Below are positions 11,621 to 23,749 of a stretch of DNA of 64,000 nt, piece by piece. The DNA comes from Squalus acanthias. Its lineage: Eukaryota. The notes under the pieces were generated by a model, which worked only from the letters and a program-made list of their open reading frames with translations, searched no databases and had not been told where the DNA came from. The stretch covers positions 434,001 to 498,000 of the forward strand of contig CM059433.1 in NCBI GenBank assembly GCA_030390025.1. The letters are read 5' to 3'. How positions within the stretch are numbered: position 1 is the stretch's first letter; every line of letters starts with the position of its first letter. Position numbers and translations under genes: made by a program.

Positions 11621-14512
11621 GTGGCCAAAATGTAATCATTTCACTCTAGTGCTCCACTTGCCACTGTTGGAAATAAAGGAGCTGCGTAAGTGCAGGTACT
11701 TCACCAAAAACCTCTGAAATTACACTTGTATAACAGAATCATGCTGGTCAGGGTCCACACGCATTTTCAATTGTATTTCTAGAAGAATGATTGACTATGG
11801 CAAGTGGTTAGTTCACCTTTGTTTTCTTCTCTTTAAGTGACATACTGTAAATACCAAATTATGCAAATGTTCAGTTGACATTTCACTGACCACTTTGAGC
11901 AGAAAATCAGTTGTACATTTTAATTTTGTGGTAATTGTAATCGGAGACCATTTCTGCCTTGTCAGTTCCCAAAAAGAACTTGATGTCTCGTAAGAGGAAG
12001 CAGTGTATGAAGTTTGGTTAAAATCTAAAGCATTTTTAAGTAATTAGTTAGCAAGTCAGCATTTGTGGCTGCACATCCACTATGCATGACACAGGATACT
12101 TACTTTTGAGAGGAAGTCCCTTATGAAGTGTACCATAATTTTTCATATAAAACTTGCAGTTTTACATTCCAAAATTGACCCGAAATCCATGTCCGTAAAA
12201 AAAAAAAGGAAGAATATTTATTATACACTGTGCACATTACGTGTAAAAATTCCGATAGTTAAAATTGAAGTATTTTGTTTCTCTGTAGGCTATTGAGATG
12301 ACCATTATAGTGGGTATGGAGTTAAAATGGGTTCAAAAGTTTGTTGGTAACTGTTTTTCCAAATAAGCAACATTTGGATCTTTAATTTCCAGTGTTGTCC
12401 CTGGAATCTGGGAAAGTGCATCAGCCAATATGTTGTACTGTTATAGATGTGATGTACTTTTTTTGTGATACTGTTAATTCATCACCTTAATGTGATAGAC
12501 TTGTAATCATTGGTATTTACCCATGTGTTAAAGCTCAAAATCCTCCTTACAGACATAGATATTTATGTGGATTTCCTTGGTTCTGCAAATCAATTGTAGT
12601 TGTTTGTTCTGAGACTACGTTTGATATCTTGGGACAGATTTTCCTCCATTAACTAAAAGTATTGACTGGAGTTTGCGATAAGTCGAAGCTCTTGTCCCTG
12701 GGTACCGAAGAGTAAAACTTGCCCTCTGGTTTTTCCACGTGAGAAATCAAAATTAGTTTGAATGAAAGTTGGATGAGTTGATTTTAAAACTGCGGTGGGA
12801 ATATAGTTGCTTATGATATTTTGTCCAAACTACCAGGCAGGAGCTAAAATAGCCCAAATTGCAACACCAATTATAAATATATTTTACAGCACCTTTACAT
12901 GATGAAAGTGGTCTCTATGTTCCTTTCTGCCAGTGTTCTAGTTCAAGGCCAGGGACCTGCATTTCGCAGAGCTAAAAGGGAGGGAATCCAGTTCTATACT
13001 TTTAGATTTAATTGGAAACCCACTGATCGCTTTCAAGACACACAGAAATGTGCATCTCGAGCAAATCATTTATTGTAGAACGTCGTCAATGGTGATAATG
13101 TTGTTGTCCACACCTCATCAGCAAAAATAAAATGCAGTAGGGGAAGTTCTTGTATATCTTAGTGACTCCTGCTCCATTCCCTGCTGACAGTCAGAGAACC
13201 AGAAACTTGCCCTGAAGATCGGAAGTCAATATAGAAACTCCATTTGATCTGCACTGTGGAAAACTAAGGTCTTTGTTGCATATGGAACTAGGAATTGCAG
13301 TATTGTTCTGTTAGCAAAGACGTACCATCTATCAAGGAAATTAAAGGTGTTCTTTTAATTGTTGAGTCTTTTTGCTGGAGTTTATTTACTTCTTTAACCG
13401 CTGCCAGAATTTATGTCTGACATTTATGTTCAGTTGGATTTTATAGTCCAGAAATTGTGAGACTTCGCTCTTGGTGCAGTTTTACTCAATGGAAATGTAG
13501 ATTGGGCAAAGGGGCACAGAGGTCAGCTTGCCCAATTTGCAGCACTCCCAATTTCCCGGCTATTAAAATCAATGTCTGGAAAACCATGAGTGCCATGAAT
13601 TCTCTTGCAGTTCTTGTATTGCCAGGTTTTTCATTTGAGTGGGTGGCAGAAGCTTGCATATTATCATCCTCATCATGAGTATTGTTTGTGTCTGAGGTGG
13701 GGAAAAAACAGCCAGAATAACAGATTACAGAACTACACATGAATTAGAGTAGGGGATAATGTTTTGCAAGAAGAATGCTCCTTTTATTGAAATGGTTAAA
13801 TGTTTTGTTCAAAATTACGTCCTTGAGGGGGGAAAAAAGGATTTTAACTGAGCAGCCAATATGCTTTTTCTGAATCTGGAAATTCAGGATGATGCTTGCA
13901 TAGGTTTTTTTTCTGTACTGAAATTCCTACTCTTTCATGTAGTCATGCATTTAAAATAAAAATTATTTGGGTTTTTTACTGCTAAATAGAACTATTGGGC
14001 ACTTTTGTTCCTCCGTTAATATAATGCTGATGACTGTAGCACTTCAGTTGTTTTTTTTGGCATTTTGAGTGGCATCATCAGTGAATCACAACCCACAGAA
14101 TTATTCTTCTGTTGCTTTATGTTGAAGATGAATACAGCACTGCAAGGGAAATATGAAGTTGGACCTGAATTGTGTAGATGAGGTCAAACAGAGCTGGCAT
14201 TTAAATGGTTGATATGTGGGAGGCATATTGAAATGCAGAATTATATGAGAATACGATACAAACAATGAATGGCTGAATATGTAAGCAAGTGGTGGTATGC
14301 ATGTTTCACGTCTAAGTTGCTACATGTAGAGTGTCCTCAATAGACCAATTGATAAGAAAATCTGTGATAGTTAATATTGGGTAAGAAAGGTTTCAGCAAA
14401 CAACTAGAAAGGTCGAGTAGAGCCTACTGTTTCTCTTCGTTTCTCATCCTCCGCCCCCCCCCCCCCCCCCACACCCACACATACATATGTACAGTGTATT
14501 TTCCTTTAGCAT

Positions 14513-14526
14513 GTTGTCATGGAAAC
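14513..14526. promoter_or_regulatory. Possible RFX X-box-like motif
   Basis: GTTGTCATGGAAAC resembles the X-box palindrome GTTGCCATGGCAAC and lies in a TE-free block. Motif match only. Confidence 0.25.
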
Positions 14527-15429
14527 TCACATTTCAGCAGGTAATTGAACATGGATTTTTAAAAAATATTCCTTCAGCTGTTTCTGTACATAGGAGTTAC
14601 ACTGTGGGTGGGTTGGGGTGGGCTGGGGGATGGGAAATGTAAGTACAAATGCACACAGCTTAATTCAGCTTGCTGGAAAGGAAATGGACAGCCATTGTGG
14701 TCCTCAGAAACTTCCTTATGTCTCCGACCATATAAGGTAAAACGTTTTTTGTTGCTTGAATTTTCTCCAGAATTAAGCTGCAGGTCACTATCAGTGACCA
14801 GAAACCTACAATTTGTTTAATATTGTTCGTAATTTTTTTTTTTAAACGTCTTGTTGAAAACCGAATGCATTTGATTTTTAAATTTCAAGGTGAATAGTGA
14901 ATCAGAATGTATGCTGGTATTATACTTTGAATGGCACTGCAAACTAGAGGGGAAAAAACAAGGGAGGAGTTATATGGTACTTTTATGTATTGCATTTCAA
15001 AGGCATGCAGGCAAAGGACTTTTATGATTCTTCCTTTCCCCTCTCCTCCCCTCACCCCCTCCCTCCAGCCCCCCAGTCCAGAGATCTGAAAAATGTGTTT
15101 GACTGTTTTAATAGCTCACATTATGAACTGAGTACTTTTTATACCTGGTTTGGAACTGCACTGGAGTAGACTCCTTGTCAACCCTAAGATTATGTGAGCC
15201 TGCCTTCTCTAGGAATGATTCACAACTCCTCTGGTGTTCGGACCTGACTCTGGGATTATATTCTACATTTACGACACTGAGATTGCATAAACTGGAAGAA
15301 GTTAACAAAACGGGACTTGTCTCATTAGAAAAGAAGAGACTTAGCGGTGACAAATAGAAGTTTTCAACATTGTGAAGGGATTGATGAAATTGATCTGGGC
15401 AAATTGTTGATAGACTCATAGAACCGCAT

Positions 15430-16247
15430 CGTTACCTCTGGTGTCCCCCATGGATCTATCCTTGGCCCCTTCCTATTTCTCATCTACATGTTACCCCTTG
15501 ACGACATTATCCGAAAACACAGCTTCAGTTTCCACATGTACGCTGACGACACCCAGCTCTACCTCACTACCTCTTCTCTCGATCTCTCCACTGTCTCTAA
15601 ATTGTCAGACTGCTTGTCCGACATACAGTTCTGGATGAGCAAAAATTTTCTCCAATTAAATATTGGGAAGACCGAAGCCATTGTTTTCGGTCCTAGCCAC
15701 TGACTCCATCCCTCTCCCTAACATCTGTTTGAGGCTGAACCACACTGTTCGCAACCTTGGTGTCATATTTGACCCTGAAATGAGCTTCCGACCACATATC
15801 CGCAGCATAACAAAGGCCGCCTATTTCCACCTCCGTAACATCGCCCGACTCCGTCCTTGCCTCAGCTCATCCGCTGCTGAAACCCTCCTCCATGTCTTTG
15901 TTACCTCTAGACTTGACTATTCCAACGCACCGTTGGCTGGCCTCCCATATTCCACCCTACGTAAACTTGAGGTCATCCAAAACTCGGCTGCCCGTGTCCT
16001 AACTCGCACCAAGTCCCGTTCGCCCATCACCCCTGTGCTCGCTGACCTACATTGGCGCTCGGTTAAGCAGCTCCTCGCTTTCAAAATTCTCATCCTTGTT
16101 TTCATATCCCTCCATGGCCTCGCCCCTCCCTATCACTGTAATCTCCTGCAGCCCCACAACCCCCCCGAGATATCTGTGCTCCTCTAATTCTGGCCTCTTG
16201 AGCATCCCTGATTATAATCGCTCAACCATTGGTGGCCATGCCTTCCA
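15430..16247 (+). mobile_element. L2 LINE fragment (RT C-terminal half)
   Basis: [26 protein letters not shown] and QNSAAR motifs; near-identical to 26130-26960. Confidence 0.9.
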
Positions 16248-17280
16248 TCATAACTCACGGCATAATTTTTTTTCCTCATGTCGCCTCTGGTTCTTTTGCC
16301 AATTACCTTATCTCTGTGTCCTCTTATTACTGACTCTTCTGCCACTGTAAACAGTTTCTCCTTATTTACTCTGTCAAAACCTTTCATAATTTTGAACACC
16401 TCGATCAAATCTCCCCATAACACCTCTCTTCTAAGGGGAACAGCCCCAGTTTCTCTAGTCTCTCCACATAACTGAAGTCTTTCTTCCCTGGTACCATTCT
16501 AGTGAGTCTCCTCTGCATTGTCTCTGAAGCCTTGACATCCTTCCTAAAGTGTGGTGCCCAGAATTGGACACAATACTCCAGCTGGGGCCTAACCAGTGTT
16601 TTATAAAGATTTAGCATAACTTCCTTGCTTTTGTACTCTATTTCTCTATTTATAAAGCAAAGGATCCCATATGCTTTTTTAAAAGCCTTTTCAACTTGAC
16701 CTGCCACCTTCAAAGACTTGTATGCATACACCCCAGGTCTCTCTCTTCCTGCACCCCCTTTAAAATTGTACCATTTAGATTATATTGCCTCTCCTCTCTC
16801 TTCTTACCAAAATGGATCACTTCTCACTTTTCTGTGCTAAATTTAATTTGCCATGTGTCTGCCCATTTCACCAGTCTGTCTATGTCCTCCTGAAGTCTGT
16901 TACTAGCCTCTTCACCGTTTACTACATTTCCAAGTTTCGTGTCATCTGCAAACTTTGAAATTATGCTGTTTACCCAAGTCTAGGTCATTAATATATATCA
17001 AAGCGCGCAGTGGTCCCAACACCGACCCCAGAGGTACACCACTGCACACTTCCCTGCAGTCTGAAGACAACCCTTCACCACTATGAAGGGATATGGAGAT
17101 CAGGCGAGAAAGTGGAGTTGAGGTCGAAGATCCGCCATGATCTTATTGAATGGTAGAGCAGGCTCGAGGGGCCGTATGGCCTACTCCTGCTCCTAATTCT
17201 TACGTTCTTATGTTTTACTCTCTGCTTTCTGTCCCTTAGCCAATTTCGTATCCACGCTGCCTCTGCCCCTTTAATCCCAT
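16248..17280 (-). mobile_element. CR1 fragment containing a nested + strand CR1 3' tail (about 17083-17215)
   Basis: ORF 16405-16731 (LYKTLVRPQLEYCVQFW). The host sequence resumes at about 17216 after a short opposite-strand CR1 3'UTR. Confidence 0.85.
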
Positions 17281-17651
17281 TGATTATTTAAAAAAACTAG
17301 AAGGCTTGTATTATTATAAAATATTAGGAGTAAATAGGAAATTAAGGCAGAACTATTTTACACAAAACATAATGGATATGTAGAATAAGATATGAATTAA
17401 GCGAACAGTGTAAATAGGCTCAAGAGACAACTGCATGTTATTTGTGGAGAACATCAGGCTTGTTGAAAAGGCAGAGAGTTGGGACTGAAATTCCTAATGG
17501 AGCAGAAACCAGGCTCGATAAGTGGTCTCTGTTGATTTCGCTCATTTCATCCAGGGGAGCAGCTGGGGATGCTACAGTTGCCTTTGGTGCCCGTGGCCTA
17601 TGGAGAGAAACCCGAATTTCCACTCATTGCTATTCCCTCTGGAAAGTCCAT

Positions 17652-18604
17652 GGGCTGGATTTTCATTGACCCGTGGAGGTGGGTTTGGAGGCGTGTGGGG
17701 GGTTAAAATTGCGAAAACTGGCGGGCGGGCACAAGCCCGCCTCCATCCTGCCTCCACGCAATTTTCATTAAATCGTGTCTGCTGGTCCCGACTCCGTCCC
17801 GCCTCTAAGAGGCGGGATAGGCTGTTAAGGCCCTTAACGAGCACTAAATTGCCTCTATAATGCCATTTTGAAAGGCCTTTGTGATTTTAACCCTTTTTCC
17901 ACATGAAGCACGCCTGTTCTGAACCACGAATGTGAAACCTGGCGGGAGCACATTTGGATAGCTGACTATGGCTGGCCTGGGAGTGGTGGTGCAAGGGAGA
18001 CTGGCCTGGGAGTGGTGGTGCAAGGGAGACTGGTCTGGGAGTGGTGGTGCAAGGGAGACTGGCCTGGGAGTGGTGGTGCAAGGGAGACTGGCCTGGGAGT
18101 GGTGGTGCAAGGGAGACTGGCCTGGGAGTGGTGGTGCAAGGGAGACTGGCCTGGGAGTGGTGGTGCAAGGGAGACTGGCCTGGCAGTGGTGGTGCAAGGG
18201 AGACTGGCCTGGGAGTGGTGGTGCAAGGGAGACTGGCCTGGGAGTGGTGGTGCAAGGGAGACTGGCCTGGGAGTGGTGGTGCAAGGGAGACTGATCTGGG
18301 AGTGGTGGTGCAAAAATATCTGGGAGCAGACTTAGGGCTGCTGCTGTTCATTTTGTCTCCAGGTCCCCTCACAGCAAAGGCCAGGCAGTCTTTGCACACC
18401 TTCAATGCAGCAGCAATGATGACATCATCAGAGGCGACTTTCAGACTGAAAATACTAATTGGGTCATGGGTTCCCACATGCTGGAACTCAATTGCCCAAT
18501 TAGGTGAAAATCGCATCAATCTCCCACATCCAATTGCGGTCGGGTGGATAACACGAAAAGTGGATAACACAACCCCAACCCACCCCAGTATCAAAATCCA
18601 GCCC
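17652..18604. mobile_element. Non-autonomous DNA transposon (PIF/Harbinger-like MITE) with internal 29-bp minisatellite
   Basis: 12-bp TIRs gggctggatttt/aaaatccagccc; 3-bp TSD CAT (17649-51, 18605-07); second copy at 31619-32268. Confidence 0.8.
17972..18313. repeat. 29-bp minisatellite (ctggcctgggagtggtggtgcaagggaga), about 11.7 copies
   Basis: Units start at 17972, 18001, 18030 and so on to 18291. Confidence 0.95.
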
Positions 18605-20042
18605 CATGTGTGTGAACATTGGTTGAGATAGGATTGGGCTCAGCTGTACTGTTCTCTGGGGGAAATAACTTGCTAATACACTCAGTCTAAGATCAATGTG
18701 AAGAATCGTAAGGTACAGGAGGGCGACTGCTGGCTTTATATCTCAGCATATATCAGAATGAGGGGAAAAGATTTGGGGAAAGATTGAGGTTTCAATTACC
18801 TTTCTGTTTCTGTGATGTAGCCAGAGTTAAACACTCCACATTCTGTGTAGTACAAGTACTCAACGTTTTCAGCACATTTGAGAGACCTTTTTGCAATGCC
18901 CAATGTCTCTGGATTAGATTTTATGGGGATGTGGAATTGGAAATGCCAAAGGGTGCAGTGAGCTGTAGTTAAATAAAAGAAAAATCTGTAAAGATTGCCT
19001 CCTTGATTATCGGTGATTATCAGTGAATTATAAATCAGTGGGTTAGCACATGTAGAGATTTTATTAAATAGTAAAAATATTCCATTGAAAAGATATGGAT
19101 CAAACCATGATAGAATCTTATATAATCTTGTAATATAACTAATGGGACTAAAGGTGGACATGTCTCCTGGATCCGATGGTCTGCATCCTAGAGTCCTAAA
19201 AGAGGTGGCTGCAGAGATAGTGGTTATAATCTACCAAAATTCCCTGGATTCTGGAGAGGTCCCAGCGGACTGGAAAACCGCAAATGTAATGCCCCTATTT
19301 AAGTAAGGAGGGAGACAGAAAGCAGGCAACTATCGACCAGTTAGCCTAACATCTGTCATTGGGAAAATGCTGGAGTCCATCATTAAGGAAGTGGTAGCAG
19401 GACATTTAGAAAATCATAATATAGTCAAGCAGAGTCAGCATGGTTTTATGAAAGGGAAATCATGTTTGACAAATTTGCTTGAGTTCTCAGAGGATGTAAC
19501 GAGCAGGGTGGATAAAGGGAAACCAGTAGATGTCGTGTATTTGGATTTCCAGAAGGCATTCGATAAGGTGCCACATAAAAGGTTACTACACAAGATAAGA
19601 GCTCATGCGGTTGGGGGTGATATATTAGCATGGATAGAGGATTGGCTAACAAACAGAGTCGGGATAAATGAGTGATTTTCAGGTTGGCAAACTAACTAGT
19701 GGGGTGCCGCAGGGATCAGTGCTGGGGCCTCAACTATTTACAATCTATATTAATGACTTGGATGAAGGGACTGAGTGTAATGTAGCCAAATTTGCTGCTG
19801 ATACAAAGATAGGTGGGAAAGCAAATTGTTTGGAGGACGCAGAATCTCCAAAGGGATATAGATAGGCTAAGTGAGTGGGCAAACATCTGGCAGATGGAGT
19901 TTAATGTGGGAAAATGCAAGGTTATCCACTTTGGTAGGAAAAATAAAAAAGCAAATTATTATTTAAATGGGGAGAGATTACAAAATGCTGCGGTACAGCG
20001 GGATCTGGGGTCCTTGTACATGAATCACAAAAAGTTAGCATG

Positions 20043-21093
20043 TGTAAGGGTTTTTTGTCTCTGGCTTATTTGTAGGTCAGCCAGTTATATTTTCCTGGGC
20101 TGTTTTGCCTGCTGTGCGGTTGCGAATCGCTATCCCCTTCCTAGTTCTGAGCCCAGGACTTATCGAGCGGCGATAAGGACAAACTAACAGACCCGTGGAT
20201 TGGTGCGAGGAAAACCAATGTTTATTTACAGAAGTAAAACTACAGAGAAACAGTATTCTATGAAGAAAACAAAATCACTATGCAGTATGGTTTTACGGTT
20301 TTACACTTAACAGGGGAGGAGAACGGACACATCGAGGGAAACTCCTAAAATTACAATTTTAGCAATATCCCCATTAATTCCCACCCTTACGCCTAACTAA
20401 AATTGTCTTGCGACAGCCAGAAGAAGATAATGCTCACCGGTGAAATGGATGGAAAACCTGGCCCTGTACCCTGTCTCTGCCGTTGAAAACGTGGCTACGA
20501 AGTTTCTGGATGGTCTTCCTTCTTGGCTGCGAGCAGACAGACAGGGTACCCGAGACCTAGGCAGAGAGAGAGAGAGAGAGAGTGGCTGGATCTTCCCAGT
20601 TATACCCTCCCGGTTGTCGTAATCTCCCGCCAGATCAGCTCATTTCTATTGTCTGATCTGGGCATAATGAATTTTAACAAAAGGTTCCGATCTTGGCCCA
20701 TCATGTTAGATGGCCGGTAATTGTATCATGCCAGTTCTCCAACTGCTCCCTATTGTCCGACAGGTTCGTTGATGGGGGCCAGCCCAGTCTCAATGTCCCC
20801 GCTGATTATTTGAGCAAACACCTTGAAAGCCTTATGCGTAGACCTGAATGTAATGCATAAGAAAAGGTCCTGTCTGGTTTCGTGAACTTCCTGCTGCAGA
20901 CATCGGAATACACAAGCTGATTGCTTGCCAGAGTCTGAAATGAAACTGCCAGGCTCTCGGTCACGAGGTCCGACCGCAGCCATTTTGTTATGCCCTGGAT
21001 TTTAAAACTCAGTCTGACCAGGGTTCCTTTTAATAAGTCCAATAAAATCTTCGGGGTGGGGGGGGGACACATCAAATTTTGCGAATCCTTTCA
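20043..21093 (-). mobile_element. Solo LTR (1051 bp), endogenous retrovirus or LTR retrotransposon
   Basis: TG...CA ends with short inverted termini (tgtaagg / cctttca); 4-bp TSD CATG (20039-42, 21094-97); the host CR1 rejoins exactly. The minus strand starts TGAAAG and has AATAAA about 180 nt from its end. Confidence 0.85.
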
Positions 21094-21253
21094 CATGCAA
21101 GTACAGCAAGTAATTAGGAAGGCAAATGGAGTGTTGGCCTTTATTGCAAAGGGAATGGAGTATAAAAGTAGGGAAGTCCTGTTACAACTGTACAGGGCGT
21201 TGGTGAGACCACACCTGGAGTACTGCGTACAGTTTTGGTCTCCCTATTTAAGG

Positions 21254-21553
21254 TAGACAAAAATCAGAAGTCGCACAACACCAGGTTATAGTCCAACAGA
21301 TTTATTTAATTTTACAAGCTTTCGGAGCTGTTCGCTCCTTCTTCAGGTAAGGTAGCTGTGAGAGAATCTCCCAGAATTCACAATATAAACACAAAAAATG
21401 TATTCAAATCTTTCCCTACATCAAAGACACACTAAGAGCACAGCCAAGACAATGAGATGTGTCCCAGGGGGTCCAACGTGTCAAAACACCTGCTGGCCGC
21501 ATATCCTCTCCATTTGTTGTGTCAGTCTTTTTAAAACAAAACCTGGAAAGACC
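21254..21553 (-). mobile_element. Penelope-type pseudo-LTR insertion (non-coding) with hammerhead motif
   Basis: Shares about 85 nt with 58684-58762. The minus strand reads ttac-ctgaaga-aggagcgaacagctcc-gaaa-gctt-gtaa. Confidence 0.75.
21312..21350 (-). ncRNA. Minimal type-I hammerhead ribozyme motif
   Basis: Stem I ttac/gtaa, CUGANGA box, stem II ggagc/gctcc, GAAA box, palindromic AGCU helix III and a CUU cleavage triplet. Confidence 0.7.
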
Positions 21554-22484
21554 GCCGTTCAGAGAAGGTTCACAAGGTTGATTCCGGAGATGAAGGGGTT
21601 GTCTTATGAAGAAAGGTTGAGCAGGTTGGGCCTATGCTCATTGGAGTTTAGAAGAATGAGAGGGGATCTTATGGAAACATATAAGATTCTGAAGGGGCTT
21701 GACAGGGTAGATGAGAGAGGATGTTTCCCCTCGTGGGGGAATCTAGAACTAGGGGGCATCATTTCAGAATAAGGGGGCACCCTTTTAAATCGGAAATGAG
21801 GAGGAATTTCTTTTCTCAGAGGGTCAAAAATCTTTGGAAATCTCTTCCCCAGAGAGCTGTGGAGGCTGGGTCATTGAATATATTTAAGGTGGAGATAGAC
21901 AGATTTTTTAAAGGTGAGGGAGTCAAGGGTTATGGGGAGCGGCCAGGGAAGTGGAGTTGAGGCCAAGATCAGATCGGCCGTGATCTTATTGAATGGCGGA
22001 GCAGGCTCGAGGGGCCAAATGACCTACTCCTGCTCCTACGTCTTATGTTATGTCTGGCTAAATTTTCTTTCTTTAAAAAATGTGCTGGTGTTTTTCGCTT
22101 TAATGAATCACATTGGGCATATTGTAACACATCTGGTTGGTCATTGTAAACAAATGTTACCAACTTGAGGGCAACGGTTTCACAAAGCAATGCGTCTTAA
22201 CCTTTTTTTCTCTGCAACATCACAGCAGTACATAAACGACAGGGGTTAAGAAGAGGTGCTTAAAGGTTTTGACAAAACTTACTCACAAATGTACCTTTTA
22301 TAGGTTGTGCTTATGTTGCACATGTGTTGTACTTCTAGCTATGATTTTCTAACCTTGGTTTGTATTGCTCATGGATCATTTTGAATAATGGAATTGTGCT
22401 CTTAAAAGCCCAGGCATTGCTGTGCTCTAAAGCAGACCATAAATATGACTGTCCATCTAATATTTTATCAACAGCTGGACACTA

Positions 22485-22901
22485 CAGGAAACTTTCGTTT
22501 ATCCGGCACCCAAATATCCGGAATTCTCGCTTAACCGGCAAAAATCATCCTCCGAAAACTCCTCTCAAATAACCGGCAGTGTTGCCGAGTCGCAGTCGAG
22601 TCTCCGCGAACGCCGAGTGCTCCAAAAAATCCTCTCAAATAACCGGCAATGTTGCCGATCCCGAGTCCGAGTCCGCGAACGCCGATTTAGTCAGTAGGGG
22701 TACTTTTCAAAAGTGCCACTACTCGGCCTCCTGGCGCTGCCGCAAGTCCGAAACATTGCAGTAGCATGAGTAGATTCTCCCGTGCTGCTTGGAGTTTCTT
22801 TGTTAAAAATAGCCTCGGTAGATATAACTCTGTTATCCGGTACTTTCGATAAACCGGCACCACGCCGGTCCCGTCGATGCCGGATAAACGAAAGTTTCCT
22901 G
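22485..22901 (+). mobile_element. 417-bp MITE, internal-deletion derivative of the Tigger element at 43935-46620
   Basis: Identical 24-bp TIRs caggaaactttcgtttatccggca and TA TSD. About 315 bp of one end is fused to about 100 bp of the other near 22800. Confidence 0.95.
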
Positions 22902-23481
22902 TATTAGGATGCATAGTTAAGACTCTATGACTCTATTAGTATAAAATTTAATAGTTAAATACTGTTCCCAGTACATCAGACATCCACATAGCAGAAATGA
23001 GTATGCCACTCTTACTTTATTAGCACACGCTTAGGAATGGTGTTATATTTATTATGGACCAGGCACTGTAATCCTTGCGTTGCCGATTGAGTGGACATCT
23101 CTGGCCATATAGACTACGTTTCTGCTTTGAACTACATTGGATTTCACTGTTTCTGCATTGGATTACACTGTAAGACTTAACTGCTGTGTCTCTATCGCTG
23201 AAAAGGTAAAAAGATTTTTACCTTTTAAACTTCCGGCTGTGTCTGCTGAACTGGTTCTACTGGTTTTTCAGCTCTGCTGGTCACTGGTTTATGGTTTTAT
23301 TTTTTCTCCGCCGCTTTGACCTACGGTGACCTCCAACTAGCGTCAGTTTAGCCATCATCTTTCTGCATCGCTACCAACTCTCATTCCGACAGCAACAACC
23401 TCCATCCTCGAACTCACTACCCTTCAAATAGCTTCTGGACTTCTCACCTGCTTTGGACAGCGGTTCGTCGATGCTCCGTAA

Positions 23482-23597
23482 AAAGAAAGAAAGACTTACA
23501 TTTATATAGCACCTTTCACGACCACCAGACGTTTCAAAGCGCTTTACAGCCAATGAAGTACTTTAGAAGTGGAGTCACTGTTGTAATGTGGGAACAT
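23482..23597 (-). mobile_element. DeuSINE (SacSINE1-like) 3' fragment
   Basis: Matches 61040-61150, with an (aaag)n tail. Confidence 0.8.
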
Positions 23598-23749
23598 CCG
23601 GCCCCATCCTGCTTCCGTCGGCTTGTCCTTCCATGGGACCTCTGACTTTGACCCTGGTCTTCCTACTATTGTCCCAACCTATTCCCTGCTACCAGGAAAT
23701 ATGTATTCCATTAATTATTACATTTAAACAGGCCTATGTAACCTGAGCT

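Larger units (their letters stand above)
19130..22052 (+). mobile_element. 5'-truncated CR1 LINE carrying two nested insertions (solo LTR and Penelope-type fragment)
   Basis: RT ORF fragments 19367-20040, 21094-21253 and 21554-21960; CR1 3'UTR to about 22052. Confidence 0.9.

Noticed and set aside
17972..18313. CRISPR-like array
   Set aside because: Units are contiguous with no spacers, there are no cas genes, and the context is vertebrate. The same applies to 46040-46310 and 58154-58562.
17844..18631. Multiple long His/Pro- or Trp-rich ORFs on both strands
   Set aside because: By-product of a stop-free 29-bp tandem repeat inside a MITE.
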